Of a DNA stretch of 64,000 nucleotides, positions 21,631 to 29,807 are shown one piece after another (position 1 is the stretch's first letter; every line of letters starts with the position of its first letter). The DNA is taken from the NCBI GenBank assembly GCA_902786465.1, contig CADACQ010000009.1:3339-67338 (forward strand). The letters are read 5' to 3'. A program made the position numbers and the translations under genes. The stretch comes from an uncultured Eubacteriales bacterium (GTDB lineage: Bacteria > Bacillota > Clostridia > Christensenellales > CAG-138). The notes below the pieces were generated by a model. That model ran no database searches and was not told the origin of the DNA. It worked only from the letters and a program-made list of their open reading frames with translations.

Positions 21631-21652
21631 AAAAAAGCCCTCTTGCGAGGGC
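21631..21652 (-). terminator. Terminator after the transglutaminase-like gene
   Basis: Minus strand GCCCTC-GCAA-GAGGGC followed by TTTTTT. Confidence 0.8.
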
Positions 21653-21666
21653 ACAACAACAAGCGG

Positions 21667-23742
21667 TCATGGCAGGAGACCGGCCTTCTCTGCCGCCACT
21701 ACCGCATCGTAATCGAAGGGTTCCGTGGCAAGGGGCGGGTAGTTCCTTGTATCGAAATGCCAATACAGCACACAGGAATCGCATTGCTTTTCCGTCCACA
21801 TGAAGCATTCGAACTTATGGTAACGGGTCCAGGTGGGGTCGAACACGTACCAGCCAGTCCCCAGGTTCACGTTGATCCAATAGTGCCTGGTCTTTCGCCT
21901 CTCGGTCTTCACCCTTTCCACGGAAACGTATTCGATATCCGTCTGATCCACCAGCGCCTTCGTGGCCGCCCATATGTTGTAGCAATCTCCTCTCCCGTTT
22001 TGCAGGCCTTCGTATGCCGCCCTCCTCCAGTCGGTGTAATTATGGTTCGTGCCGTTGCCGTACCGGATGGTGTTGCGGACGTACCAGAATATAGCTTTCA
22101 GCTTTTCCGCCTTCACCATATCCGGGGTCGTGATCTCGCTCATGATCCGGGTGGTGAGATCGCGCAGCATCTCGTCCGTAACGGTGGACTGGATCACGGT
22201 GAACCGGCAGGAGGCCGACGTTTGATTCCCATTCAGGTCGGAGGCGCTGTACGTCACCTCGTACGTGCCTTCCCGATGGATGTCCACCTTCGTATCGACC
22301 TCGATCTGGACGGCTCCGTCCACGTCGTCCACAGCATACACTTCGGCAAGATATGCGACGCTCTCGCCGAGATACACGTTCCTGTTCCTCACGCCGTAGA
22401 GGACCGGGGGAAGCCGGTCGCCTGTGAGCGGGATAGTCTCCGTTTTCTCCGTCACGTTCCCGTTGGCGTCGACGGCGCGAACGGCGACCTGCTGCTCCCC
22501 CGCCTTCGTCCAGTCCGGCTCCGTGACATATCCGATCGAAACGTCGAACACATCCTCCGTCTCGAACAGCTCTTCCGGCTGCAACGGGTGGTTCGTATAG
22601 ATGGTGCCCACATCCCGCATCCTTACGCTGGGCGGGGTCGTGTCCGTGATCGTCACGAGAGAGGCTTCCTCCTGTCCATCGATCCAGACCTTTACCAGGT
22701 ACATCCCCAGGGTGGAGGGTTCGAACGCCTCCACCTGAACATCCCCCTCCAGCCCGAAGTCCGCCGCCGTCAGCTGCCCGCGTCTCGCTTCCATGGTCAT
22801 CGGCTGGATGGTGGACGCGGTGAGCGTGGACCGCACGTCCGTGCTGTTCCCACCCTCGTCCGTCATCCGCACGACCACCTCCTGGACCTCATGGAGGCCG
22901 AGGTCAGGCGCCGTCACGTAGGTAAACGTGATATCGGTCTCGTCATGGGCGTCCGTCACGAAGGATTCGGGAAGGATCTCCTGCCCCGGCCCGGTCACCA
23001 GGCTTGTGCCCTGCCCCGTCGGCGCGACGGAATCCACCACCGTCAGATGGGCCACGTCCTCCTGACGGTTCCCTTTTAAGCGAAAGCCGTAGACCACGTC
23101 GTACCGGCCCACGTGGTGCATCATGTCGTCGGAATAGTCGGAAAGGAGCTCTGCGCCCGTTTCGGCAGGGTCGCAGATCAGGTATCCGGCCGCTTCCGGC
23201 AGCTCGGTCCCCGCCTCCACGACCAGCTCGTCGATCACGCCCCTGACGCAGTAGGCGCAGGGTACCGAGATCCTGTTTTGGGACAGGTCCTCCACGATCA
23301 CGTCGACGGTATGGGGACCTATGGTGATGAAATCCGGCTCCTGTTCGTAGTACAGGCGGACGATGTCGTTGTCCGAAAGGGCCGTGACCAGCTGATCCGG
23401 TGTCAACGCGTTTCCCAAGGGGACGATCGGAGCAGGAACGGCCTCGGCACTGGGGGCCGTGGTGTCCTGGACCCGAAGCAACACCGGTATATAGGGATAG
23501 AGCTTCGTCCTGAGCATCAGCACATGGAGCCCTTTCTCCCTGTACCGACCGTCCTGCTCGTCCAGGAGCTCCGCTTCCCGGTCGGTGAACAGCTGCGGGG
23601 AGATGGGGCCATTGTTGTATTCCATTATAGTGTAGGGCTTGACGTGATGATAGGCGCCGAAGACGAGAAGGGCGATAAGGGCTATGACGATGCCAACGAC
23701 TGCGCGTCGCCTGACACGGATCGGATCGGTGCTGCCAGCCAT
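21667..23742 (-). CDS. Membrane-anchored transglutaminase-like (cysteine protease fold) protein with Ig-like repeats
   Basis: 691 aa. It has an N-terminal TM helix, repeated beta-rich modules, and a C-terminal core GRGDCYNIW ... HYWINV ... YVFDPTW (Cys/His/Asp). Confidence 0.8.
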   Translation of the reverse strand: MAGSTDPIRVRRRAVVGIVIALIALLVFGAYHHVKPYTIMEYNNGPISPQLFTDREAELLDEQDGRYREKGLHVLMLRTKLYPYIPVLLRVQDTTAPSAEAVPAPIVPLGNALTPDQLVTALSDNDIVRLYYEQEPDFITIGPHTVDVIVEDLSQNRISVPCAYCVRGVIDELVVEAGTELPEAAGYLICDPAETGAELLSDYSDDMMHHVGRYDVVYGFRLKGNRQEDVAHLTVVDSVAPTGQGTSLVTGPGQEILPESFVTDAHDETDITFTYVTAPDLGLHEVQEVVVRMTDEGGNSTDVRSTLTASTIQPMTMEARRGQLTAADFGLEGDVQVEAFEPSTLGMYLVKVWIDGQEEASLVTITDTTPPSVRMRDVGTIYTNHPLQPEELFETEDVFDVSIGYVTEPDWTKAGEQQVAVRAVDANGNVTEKTETIPLTGDRLPPVLYGVRNRNVYLGESVAYLAEVYAVDDVDGAVQIEVDTKVDIHREGTYEVTYSASDLNGNQTSASCRFTVIQSTVTDEMLRDLTTRIMSEITTPDMVKAEKLKAIFWYVRNTIRYGNGTNHNYTDWRRAAYEGLQNGRGDCYNIWAATKALVDQTDIEYVSVERVKTERRKTRHYWINVNLGTGWYVFDPTWTRYHKFECFMWTEKQCDSCVLYWHFDTRNYPPLATEPFDYDAVVAAEKAGLLP

Positions 23743-23942
23743 AGAATTCTCCTTCGTCTCTTCCCGTCGTGCTCTCGGGCGGGGCCCTGGTAAAACCTGG
23801 GATCGCTCCGTCGCAAAAGCAGTGGTAGCATATCACAAAGCCGACGGCAACGCAAGTGCAGGATCGCCCATGAAGCTTTGCTGTGGCCAGCGGCTGCGGC
23901 GGGAGGGGCCCCTCATGGATTTGCGCTCGTGCGTGGTCGGGC

Positions 23943-24042
23943 GGTACCCCCTCAGGGACTCTTCTCGGCCTCGACGGCCTCGGGCAGGGCGCGCTCTGAA
24001 TGTCCACTGGACATCCATTCACTACGCGCCCTTCGAGTCCCT
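23943..24042 (-). repeat. tRNA-flanking structured element, copy K1 (arms match the tRNA-Lys(CTT) 3' end)
   Basis: Minus strand: AGGGACTC-GAA-GGGCGCG-TAGTGAA-TGGATGTCC-AGT-GGACATTCA-GAG-CGCGCCC ... GAGTCCCT-GAGGGGGTACC. The last 19 nt equal the tRNA-Lys 3' end (24113..24095). The core is homologous to the copies at 54471 and 54621. Confidence 0.85.
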
Positions 24043-24056
24043 ATCGTGATACCTAT

Positions 24057-24093
24057 AAAGGAAAAGAGATGCCGAATGGCATCTCTTTTCCTT
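24057..24093 (-). terminator. Terminator after the tRNA array
   Basis: A 17-bp perfect stem (AAAGGAAAAGAGATGCC / GGCATCTCTTTTCCTTT) directly after tRNA-Lys(CTT). Confidence 0.8.
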
Positions 24094-24170
24094 TGGTACC
24101 CCCTCAGGGACTCGAACCCTGGACACCCTGATTAAGAGTCAGGTGCTCTAGCCAACTGAGCTAAGGAGGC
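24094..24170 (-). tRNA. tRNA-Lys (anticodon CTT), CCA encoded
   Basis: Hand-folded cloverleaf. Anticodon loop CTCTTAA, T-arm CAGGG-TTCGAGT-CCCTG. Confidence 0.9.
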
Positions 24171-24176
24171 ATATAC

Positions 24177-24252
24177 TGGAGCGGGAAACGGGGCTCGAAC
24201 CCGCCACCTCAGCCTTGGCAAGGCTGCGCTCTACCAAATGAGCTATTCCCGC
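24177..24252 (-). tRNA. tRNA-Gly (anticodon GCC), CCA encoded
   Basis: GCGGGAA acceptor, anticodon loop TTGCCAA, 76 nt. Confidence 0.92.
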
Positions 24253-24265
24253 GGGCGCATGGGTT

Positions 24266-24293
24266 ATTATAACAAAATTCTGCCGGTTGTCAA
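24266..24293 (-). promoter_or_regulatory. Internal promoter in the tRNA array, upstream of tRNA-Gly(GCC)
   Basis: Minus strand TTGACA (24293..24288), 16 nt, TATAAT (24271..24266), 13 nt before the tRNA 5' end. Confidence 0.7.
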
Positions 24294-24362
24294 TGGGTTC
24301 GAAAAAATATTTTTCAGGACCCAGGGACCGAGGTCGCTTCTGCAGGCGGGACCGGCAAAAAC

Positions 24363-24436
24363 TGGAGCAGGTAACGGGACTCGAACCCGTGATCTCAGCT
24401 TGGAAGGCTAATGTGTTACCGCTACACTATACCTGC
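24363..24436 (-). tRNA. tRNA-Gly (anticodon TCC), CCA encoded
   Basis: Anticodon loop CTTCCAA, 74 nt cloverleaf. Confidence 0.92.
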
Positions 24437-24437
24437 C

Positions 24438-24522
<85 letters not shown>

Positions 24523-24534
24523 GCTGCAAAAAGC

Positions 24535-24610
24535 TGGTGACCCGTCGGAGATTCGAACTCCGGACCCTTTGATTAAAAGTCAAATGCTCTGCCAGCTGAG
24601 CTAACGGGTC
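24535..24610 (-). tRNA. tRNA-Lys (anticodon TTT), CCA encoded
   Basis: GACCCGT acceptor, anticodon loop CTTTTAA, 76 nt. Confidence 0.92.
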
Positions 24611-24614
24611 AGGT

Positions 24615-24690
24615 TGGCTGGGGTGGCGGGATTTGAACCTGCGCATACAAGAGTCAAAGTCTTGTGCCTTAACCGCTTGGCGACACCCCA
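24615..24690 (-). tRNA. tRNA-Gln (anticodon TTG), CCA encoded
   Basis: TGGGGTG acceptor, anticodon loop CTTTGAC. The T-stem has one A-C mismatch. Confidence 0.85.
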
Positions 24691-24712
24691 CCGTTGTCCA
24701 TCCGAAAAAAAA

Positions 24713-24791
24713 TGGGGTGGGCGACGGGATTCGAACCCACGACCTTCAGAGCCACAATCTGACATTCTAACCAGGCTGAACTACGCCCACC
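24713..24791 (-). tRNA. tRNA-His (anticodon GTG) with extra 5' G(-1), CCA encoded
   Basis: G-GTGGGCG acceptor, anticodon loop TTGTGGC. Confidence 0.88.
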
Positions 24792-24864
24792 ATATATGCT
24801 TTTTTCGGATGAACCCCCACACGCATGCGCTCGCCGGTTTTCCTCCCGGCGAACGCTGCGTCCT

Positions 24865-24941
24865 TGGCGCGTCTGCAGGGATTCGAACCCTGGACCTACG
24901 GCTTAGAAGGCCGTTGCTCTATCCTGCTGAGCTACAGGCGC
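24865..24941 (-). tRNA. tRNA-Arg (anticodon TCT), CCA encoded
   Basis: Anticodon loop CTTCTAA, 77 nt. The acceptor stem has a C4-A69 mismatch. Confidence 0.85.
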
Positions 24942-24962
24942 ATTCAGGAGTTCCAGTCACAT

Positions 24963-24991
24963 ATTTTACCAAGGAATGGAGCTCCTGTCAA
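24963..24991 (-). promoter_or_regulatory. Promoter of the tRNA array
   Basis: Minus strand TTGACA (24991..24986), 17 nt, TAAAAT (24968..24963), about 20 nt upstream of tRNA-Arg. Confidence 0.75.
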
Positions 24992-25015
24992 CACATTTTT
25001 AGAAAAGATGCCGCC

Positions 25016-25522
25016 TTATTTGTTCCTGCCGCAGCAGTTCTTGTACTTTTTGCCGCTGCCGCAGGGACAGGGATCGTTGCGGCCCGCCTGGACGGGGGCT
25101 ACGAAGATCTTGGAGGCGCGGTAGGCCTTGGTGATCTCGCGGCGCTTCTCCTCGGAGAGGACGCCGTTCCACTCCGGCAGGTTGAAGAGCCAGTCGGCCT
25201 TGGCTTCATGCATGTTGAAGAACAGCTTCTCGAAGTCGAAGTTCAACGTGACTTCGCTCTCCTCCGTCAGGGCGTCCAGATCCTTTTCGCCGTCGGCGAA
25301 GGAGGTGTTGGCCCCGTCGAGGTAACCCACGAAGGCCACTGGGTCCATGCCCACCTGTTCGCTGAGGGCCTTCACCGTGCCGGAAAGGGGCTTGTCGTGG
25401 TTCAGAAGGACCTGCTTGTAGACCTCGGTCTCCTGGGAGAAATAGTTGCTCCAATACTGCTGATAGGCGGCGTCGCTCTCGAGGTTCTCCGCCCGTGCCT
25501 TCCATTCGCTGTACAGACTCAT
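25016..25522 (-). CDS. SEC-C metal-binding-motif protein
   Basis: 168 aa ending [20 protein letters not shown]. Confidence 0.8.
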   Translation of the reverse strand: MSLYSEWKARAENLESDAAYQQYWSNYFSQETEVYKQVLLNHDKPLSGTVKALSEQVGMDPVAFVGYLDGANTSFADGEKDLDALTEESEVTLNFDFEKLFFNMHEAKADWLFNLPEWNGVLSEEKRREITKAYRASKIFVAPVQAGRNDPCPCGSGKKYKNCCGRNK

Positions 25523-25549
25523 GTTTCGTCTCCTTTTTCAAAAATCGGT

Positions 25550-26041
25550 TTATTTTAAAACAAATCTATCCTTTAGGCAAGCGTTTTTCTCCACCGTGGC
25601 GCCCAGATCCTGGTTCCACAGCAGGTAGGCCCCCTCCCCCGTGTCCTCGTAGTACCGCTTGCGGAAGCCTTCCTTCGTAAAATCGAAGCTGTAATAGAGG
25701 CTTTGGGCCACCTGGTTGGTCTCCCGGACCTCCAGCGTCATCCGTTCAGCGCCGTACCCCAGGGCCTTGACCATCATGCCGTAGAGCAGATACCGGCCGA
25801 GATGCTTTCCCCGGCTCTCCGGCGCGATAGCGATGTTGGTGATATGGGCCTCGTCGAAGAGCACCCACATGCCGCCGTAGCCGACGATCCGCCCCTCCTC
25901 CTCCGCCACCAGGTAGCGGGCCACGCTGTTGTGGAGCTCCCCCAGCAGGGAAAGCTTGGACCAGGGGGACCGGAAGCTCTGGACCTCGATCTCGTAGACC
26001 CGGGCGATGTCCCGCTTGGTCATGGGCCGGACCGTCATCAT
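25550..26041 (-). CDS. rimI: Ribosomal-protein-alanine N-acetyltransferase (GNAT)
   Basis: GNAT fold sequence. Located in the tsaE-tsaB-rimI arrangement. Confidence 0.85.
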   Translation of the reverse strand: MMTVRPMTKRDIARVYEIEVQSFRSPWSKLSLLGELHNSVARYLVAEEEGRIVGYGGMWVLFDEAHITNIAIAPESRGKHLGRYLLYGMMVKALGYGAERMTLEVRETNQVAQSLYYSFDFTKEGFRKRYYEDTGEGAYLLWNQDLGATVEKNACLKDRFVLK

Positions 26042-26640
26042 GCCTGTTGCTTCCTTTCCGCCTGAGAGGGCCTTAGGTACAGGGGGCTGGCCGCCCTCTC
26101 CCCCGTCCGCTTCGCGGCCATGCGGGCGATGCTGCCCGCCAGGGGCAAGGCCCCGTCGGCCCCGGGGAAGCCCGTGCCGGTCAGGATCACTTTCTCCGGC
26201 AGACGCTCCAAAAAGGGACCGATCTCCATGGCGCAGGGGGGGATCAGCGCCGCGCCGCTGGAAGCGTAGAGGGCACCGTAGCCGTTGCCGTTCCGGGCGT
26301 CGATGACGGCGGCCACGGGCCTGTCACCGCCCAGGAGCGGATAGGCGAGGGCCGCGAGGGCGTTCACGGACACGATGGGCAGGCCCAAGGCCAGGGCCAT
26401 GGCGTTGCCGTGGCAGACGCCGATGCGGACGCCTGTGAAAGAGCCGGGGCCCACGTCCACCGCCAGGGCGGTGAGGTCGGCCGGGGCGAGCCCCGCTTCC
26501 GCCAGCAGCTGGTCCACCGCGGGCATGACGGTCTCCTCGTGCCTAAGGGGGCTTTCGATCCGCTTCTCGAAGCAGCCGCCGTCCGTCAGCAGGGCCACCG
26601 AGGCCACCCGATCCGTGGTTTCCAGGGCAAGGATGTTCAT
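26038..26640 (-). CDS. tsaB: tRNA t6A37 biosynthesis protein TsaB (YeaZ)
   Basis: MNILALETTDRVASVALL N-terminus. Overlaps its neighbours by 4 nt. Confidence 0.88.
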   Translation of the reverse strand: MNILALETTDRVASVALLTDGGCFEKRIESPLRHEETVMPAVDQLLAEAGLAPADLTALAVDVGPGSFTGVRIGVCHGNAMALALGLPIVSVNALAALAYPLLGGDRPVAAVIDARNGNGYGALYASSGAALIPPCAMEIGPFLERLPEKVILTGTGFPGADGALPLAGSIARMAAKRTGERAASPLYLRPSQAERKQQA

Positions 26641-27080
26641 AGCGCTTTCACCAGTCCTTCATAGCTCGTTCCATGGGGCGTCAGGCGCACGGTCCTATGA
26701 TCGGCGCCGCTGCCCACGATCTCTATATCCAGCCGTTCCCGGGGCAGGGCCAGGGGCACCCGGTCCGCCCACTCCATGAGGATCAGGCCGCCCCGGTCCA
26801 GGTAATCTTCAAAGCCCATGGCGTACAGCTCGTCCTCGTCCGCCAGCCGATAGGCGTCGAAGTGGAAGAGGGGCGGCACGGTGGGGTACTCCTGGACGAT
26901 GGTGAAGGTGGGGCTGCTCAAATGATCGAGGCCCAAAGCCTTGCCGGCGCCCCGGCAGAGGACGGTCTTCCCCGCCCCCAAGTCCCCGTAGAGGGCCACG
27001 AAGCCGCCACCTGGCAGGGCCCAGGCGATACGTTCCCCCAGGGCCTCCATCTCCCATTCGGTTTTCAGCGTCAGCTCCAT
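26637..27080 (-). CDS. tsaE: tRNA t6A37 biosynthesis ATPase TsaE (YjeE)
   Basis: P-loop GDLGAGKT and FHFDAYR motif. Confidence 0.9.
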   Translation of the reverse strand: MELTLKTEWEMEALGERIAWALPGGGFVALYGDLGAGKTVLCRGAGKALGLDHLSSPTFTIVQEYPTVPPLFHFDAYRLADEDELYAMGFEDYLDRGGLILMEWADRVPLALPRERLDIEIVGSGADHRTVRLTPHGTSYEGLVKAL

Positions 27081-28195
27081 CAGAACAGCTTGACCTCCAA
27101 AAGCTCCCGGGCGAAGTCCCCGAACCTATCCTCCGCGATGGCCCGGCGGATGTCCGCCATGAGCCGCACGGAGAAGCGGATGTTGTGCATGGTGATGAGG
27201 GTGCCGGACAGTATCTCCTCCGCCTTGATGAGGTGGCGGATGTAGGCCCGGCTGAAGTTCCGGCAGGCGTAGCAGTCGCACCCCTCCTCGATGGGCGAAA
27301 AGTCCTCGGCGTAGGTCTGGTTCCGGAGCATAATCCGCCCCTTGCGGGTCAAAGCGAGGCCGTTGCGGGCCGCCCGGGTCTGGAGCACGCAGTCGAACAT
27401 GTCCACGCCCCGGAGCACGCCCTCGATGAGGCAGTCGGGGCTGCCCACGCCCATGAGATACCGGGGCTTGTTCTCCGGCATGTAGGGCCGGATGGCGTCC
27501 AGCATCTCGTACATCTTCTCCTTAGGCTCGCCCACGGACAGGCCCCCGATGCCGTAGCCGGGGAAATCCATGGCCGCCAACGTCTTGGCGCTCTCGATCC
27601 TGAGGTCCTCGTAGACGCAGCCCTGGACGATGCCGAACAACGCCTGGTCAGGCCGGGTGTGGACCTCCTTACAGCGCTCCGCCCAGCGGTGGGTCCGGTC
27701 CATGGCCTTCACGGCGTAGCGGTAGTCCGCGGTGCCGGGGGCGCACTCGTCGAAGCACATGGCGATATCCGCCCCCAGGGCCTGCTCCACGGCCATAACA
27801 CTCTCCGGGGTGAACAGGTGCTTGCTGCCGTCGATATGGGACCTAAACAGTACGCCGTCCTCGTGGATATCCTTCTTCTTGGCCAGGGAGAAGACCTGGA
27901 AGCCGCCGCTGTCCGTCAGGATGGGCCGATCCCAGTGCATGAATTTGTGGAGGCCTCCCGCCTGCTCCACCAGCTTGTGGCCGGGACGCAGGTACAGGTG
28001 ATAGGTGTTGGAGAGGATGATGGACGCCCCCGTCTCCTCCACGTCCCGGGGCGTCATGGCCTTCACCGTGGCCTGGGTGCCCACAGGCATGTACACGGGG
28101 GTGTCGATGTCCCCGTGGGGGGTGTGGAGGCGGCCCAGGCGGGCCCCGGTCTGCTTGTCCACATGCAGGACTTCAAACTTGAAATGCTCGTTCAT
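27080..28195 (-). CDS. tgt: Queuine tRNA-ribosyltransferase
   Basis: 371 aa with a TGT-typical sequence including the zinc site [17 protein letters not shown]. Confidence 0.97.
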   Translation of the reverse strand: MNEHFKFEVLHVDKQTGARLGRLHTPHGDIDTPVYMPVGTQATVKAMTPRDVEETGASIILSNTYHLYLRPGHKLVEQAGGLHKFMHWDRPILTDSGGFQVFSLAKKKDIHEDGVLFRSHIDGSKHLFTPESVMAVEQALGADIAMCFDECAPGTADYRYAVKAMDRTHRWAERCKEVHTRPDQALFGIVQGCVYEDLRIESAKTLAAMDFPGYGIGGLSVGEPKEKMYEMLDAIRPYMPENKPRYLMGVGSPDCLIEGVLRGVDMFDCVLQTRAARNGLALTRKGRIMLRNQTYAEDFSPIEEGCDCYACRNFSRAYIRHLIKAEEILSGTLITMHNIRFSVRLMADIRRAIAEDRFGDFARELLEVKLF

Positions 28196-28204
28196 ATCGC
28201 TTTC

Positions 28205-29230
28205 CTATTCAAATAAGCAGGCGTCGCCGAAGCTGAAGAAGCGGTAGCGCTCCTCTACGGCGTGTTCGTAGACCCGGAGGACCTCCTCCCGGCCCGCGAA
28301 GGCGGAGACCAGCATAAGCAAGGTGCTCTCCGGCAGGTGGAAGTTGGTGATGAGGGCGTCCACGGCCTTGTAGCGGTAGCCGGGGGTGATGTAGATACCG
28401 GTGTAGCCGCTGCCGGGATGGACGATGCCGTCCTCGGTAGAGACGCTCTCCAACGTGCGGACGGAGGTGGTGCCCACGCAGACGATGCGGCCGCCGGCGG
28501 CCCGGGCGTCGTTGATGGCCTTGGCGGCCTCCTCGGTGACCCGGTAGAACTCCTCATGCATCTGATGGTCCTCGATGTTCTCCTCGCTGACGGGCCGGAA
28601 GGTGCCCAGGCCCACGTGCAATAGGACGTCCACGATCTTCACGCCCTTTTGGGCGATCTCCTCTAAAAGCTCCGGGGTGAAATGGAGCCCGGCGGTGGGG
28701 GCGGCGGCGCTGCCCCGGGTCACGGCATAGACGGTCTGATACCGCTCCTTGTCCGCCAGGCGCTCCGTGATATAGGGCGGTAGGGGCATCTGCCCGGCCC
28801 GGTCCAGCACCTCCTCGAAGATGCCGGAATACAGGAGCTCCACCCGCTTGCCCCCGTCCATGGGGGCGTCTCCCAGGACCTTCACGGACAGCTCCGGGGT
28901 GACCTCGTAGACCGTGCCCGGCTTGGCCCTCTTGGCGGGCTTGCAGAGGCACTCCCAGGTATCGCCCTCCAACCGGCTCAGGAGCAAAAACTCCATGGTG
29001 CCGCCGGTCTCGGGCCGATGGCCGATCAATCGGGCGGGGATGACCCGGGTGTTGTTCCGCACCAGCACGTCGCCGGGGTGCAGATGTTGGAGCACGTCCG
29101 TGAACACCCCGTCGGTGATGGACCCGTCGCCCCGGTTATAGATGAGGAGCCTCGATTGGCTCCGCACGGGGGCCGGGGTCTGGGCGATCAGCTCCTTGGG
29201 CAGGTCGTAGTAAAAGTCGCTCGTCTTCAA
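28205..29230 (-). CDS. queA: S-adenosylmethionine:tRNA ribosyltransferase-isomerase
   Basis: (M)KTSDFYYDLPKELIAQ N-terminus. TTG start preceded by AGAGGTG. Confidence 0.96.
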   Translation of the reverse strand: MKTSDFYYDLPKELIAQTPAPVRSQSRLLIYNRGDGSITDGVFTDVLQHLHPGDVLVRNNTRVIPARLIGHRPETGGTMEFLLLSRLEGDTWECLCKPAKRAKPGTVYEVTPELSVKVLGDAPMDGGKRVELLYSGIFEEVLDRAGQMPLPPYITERLADKERYQTVYAVTRGSAAAPTAGLHFTPELLEEIAQKGVKIVDVLLHVGLGTFRPVSEENIEDHQMHEEFYRVTEEAAKAINDARAAGGRIVCVGTTSVRTLESVSTEDGIVHPGSGYTGIYITPGYRYKAVDALITNFHLPESTLLMLVSAFAGREEVLRVYEHAVEERYRFFSFGDACLFE

Positions 29231-29259
29231 AACGCACCTCTGAAAACAGATTCTTCCCT

Positions 29260-29288
29260 ATTATACATAGCGGATCCCCTCAGTGCAA
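29260..29288 (-). promoter_or_regulatory. Promoter of the queA-tgt-tsaE-tsaB-rimI operon
   Basis: Minus strand TTGCAC (29288..29283), 17 nt, TATAAT (29265..29260). Confidence 0.7.
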
Positions 29289-29305
29289 CAGAAAAAACGG
29301 CTTCT

Positions 29306-29797
29306 TCACGCCTCCCGTCCCGTTCGGAGGAAGTGGCCCTCCTGAACGGCGGCAAAGGCGGCCACGGCGCAGACCGGGGCGGCCGAATATTTAAGTTCGA
29401 TAAGCGAAAGCGTCAGCGGCAGGAGGAACAGCAACGCCCCTGCCGCTTTGTTCATGGGCGTGTGCAAAGCCACGAAGCGCTTTTGCTTCACGTAGCCGGA
29501 AACAAAGTTGACCGCCTTGACCAGGGCGATGACGCCGATCCACGTATATAGCCACCCAGGGACGTCCAGCACGGGCAGGAGCTTATAGAGGCATACGGCC
29601 ACAAAGAGGAGGTCCGCACCCGTGTCCAGCTTCGCGCCGAAGTCGCTGGCGGTGCCGGTCCTCCGGGCCACTGGACCGTCGATCATATCCGATATCCCGG
29701 CAAGCAGATACAGCCCATAGAAGAGCGAAGAAAACGCCGGGCAGAACAGCAGCCCGACGCTCGCCAGTATTCGGATCCCTGTGATGAGATTCGCCAT
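29306..29797 (-). CDS. CDP-alcohol phosphatidyltransferase family protein
   Basis: Motif DMIDGPVARR-x8-G-x3-D-x3-D. Polytopic membrane protein of 163 aa. Confidence 0.85.
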   Translation of the reverse strand: MANLITGIRILASVGLLFCPAFSSLFYGLYLLAGISDMIDGPVARRTGTASDFGAKLDTGADLLFVAVCLYKLLPVLDVPGWLYTWIGVIALVKAVNFVSGYVKQKRFVALHTPMNKAAGALLFLLPLTLSLIELKYSAAPVCAVAAFAAVQEGHFLRTGREA

Positions 29798-29807
29798 GCG
29801 GGGGGGA

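Noticed and set aside
21643-24022. Long ORFs 21643..23079 (+) and 22943..24022 (-) overlapping the transglutaminase-like gene and element K1
   Set aside because: They lie in alternative frames of a well-supported 691-aa gene or run through non-coding tRNA-flank sequence. Their compositions are R/P/G/H-rich, and they have no start context.
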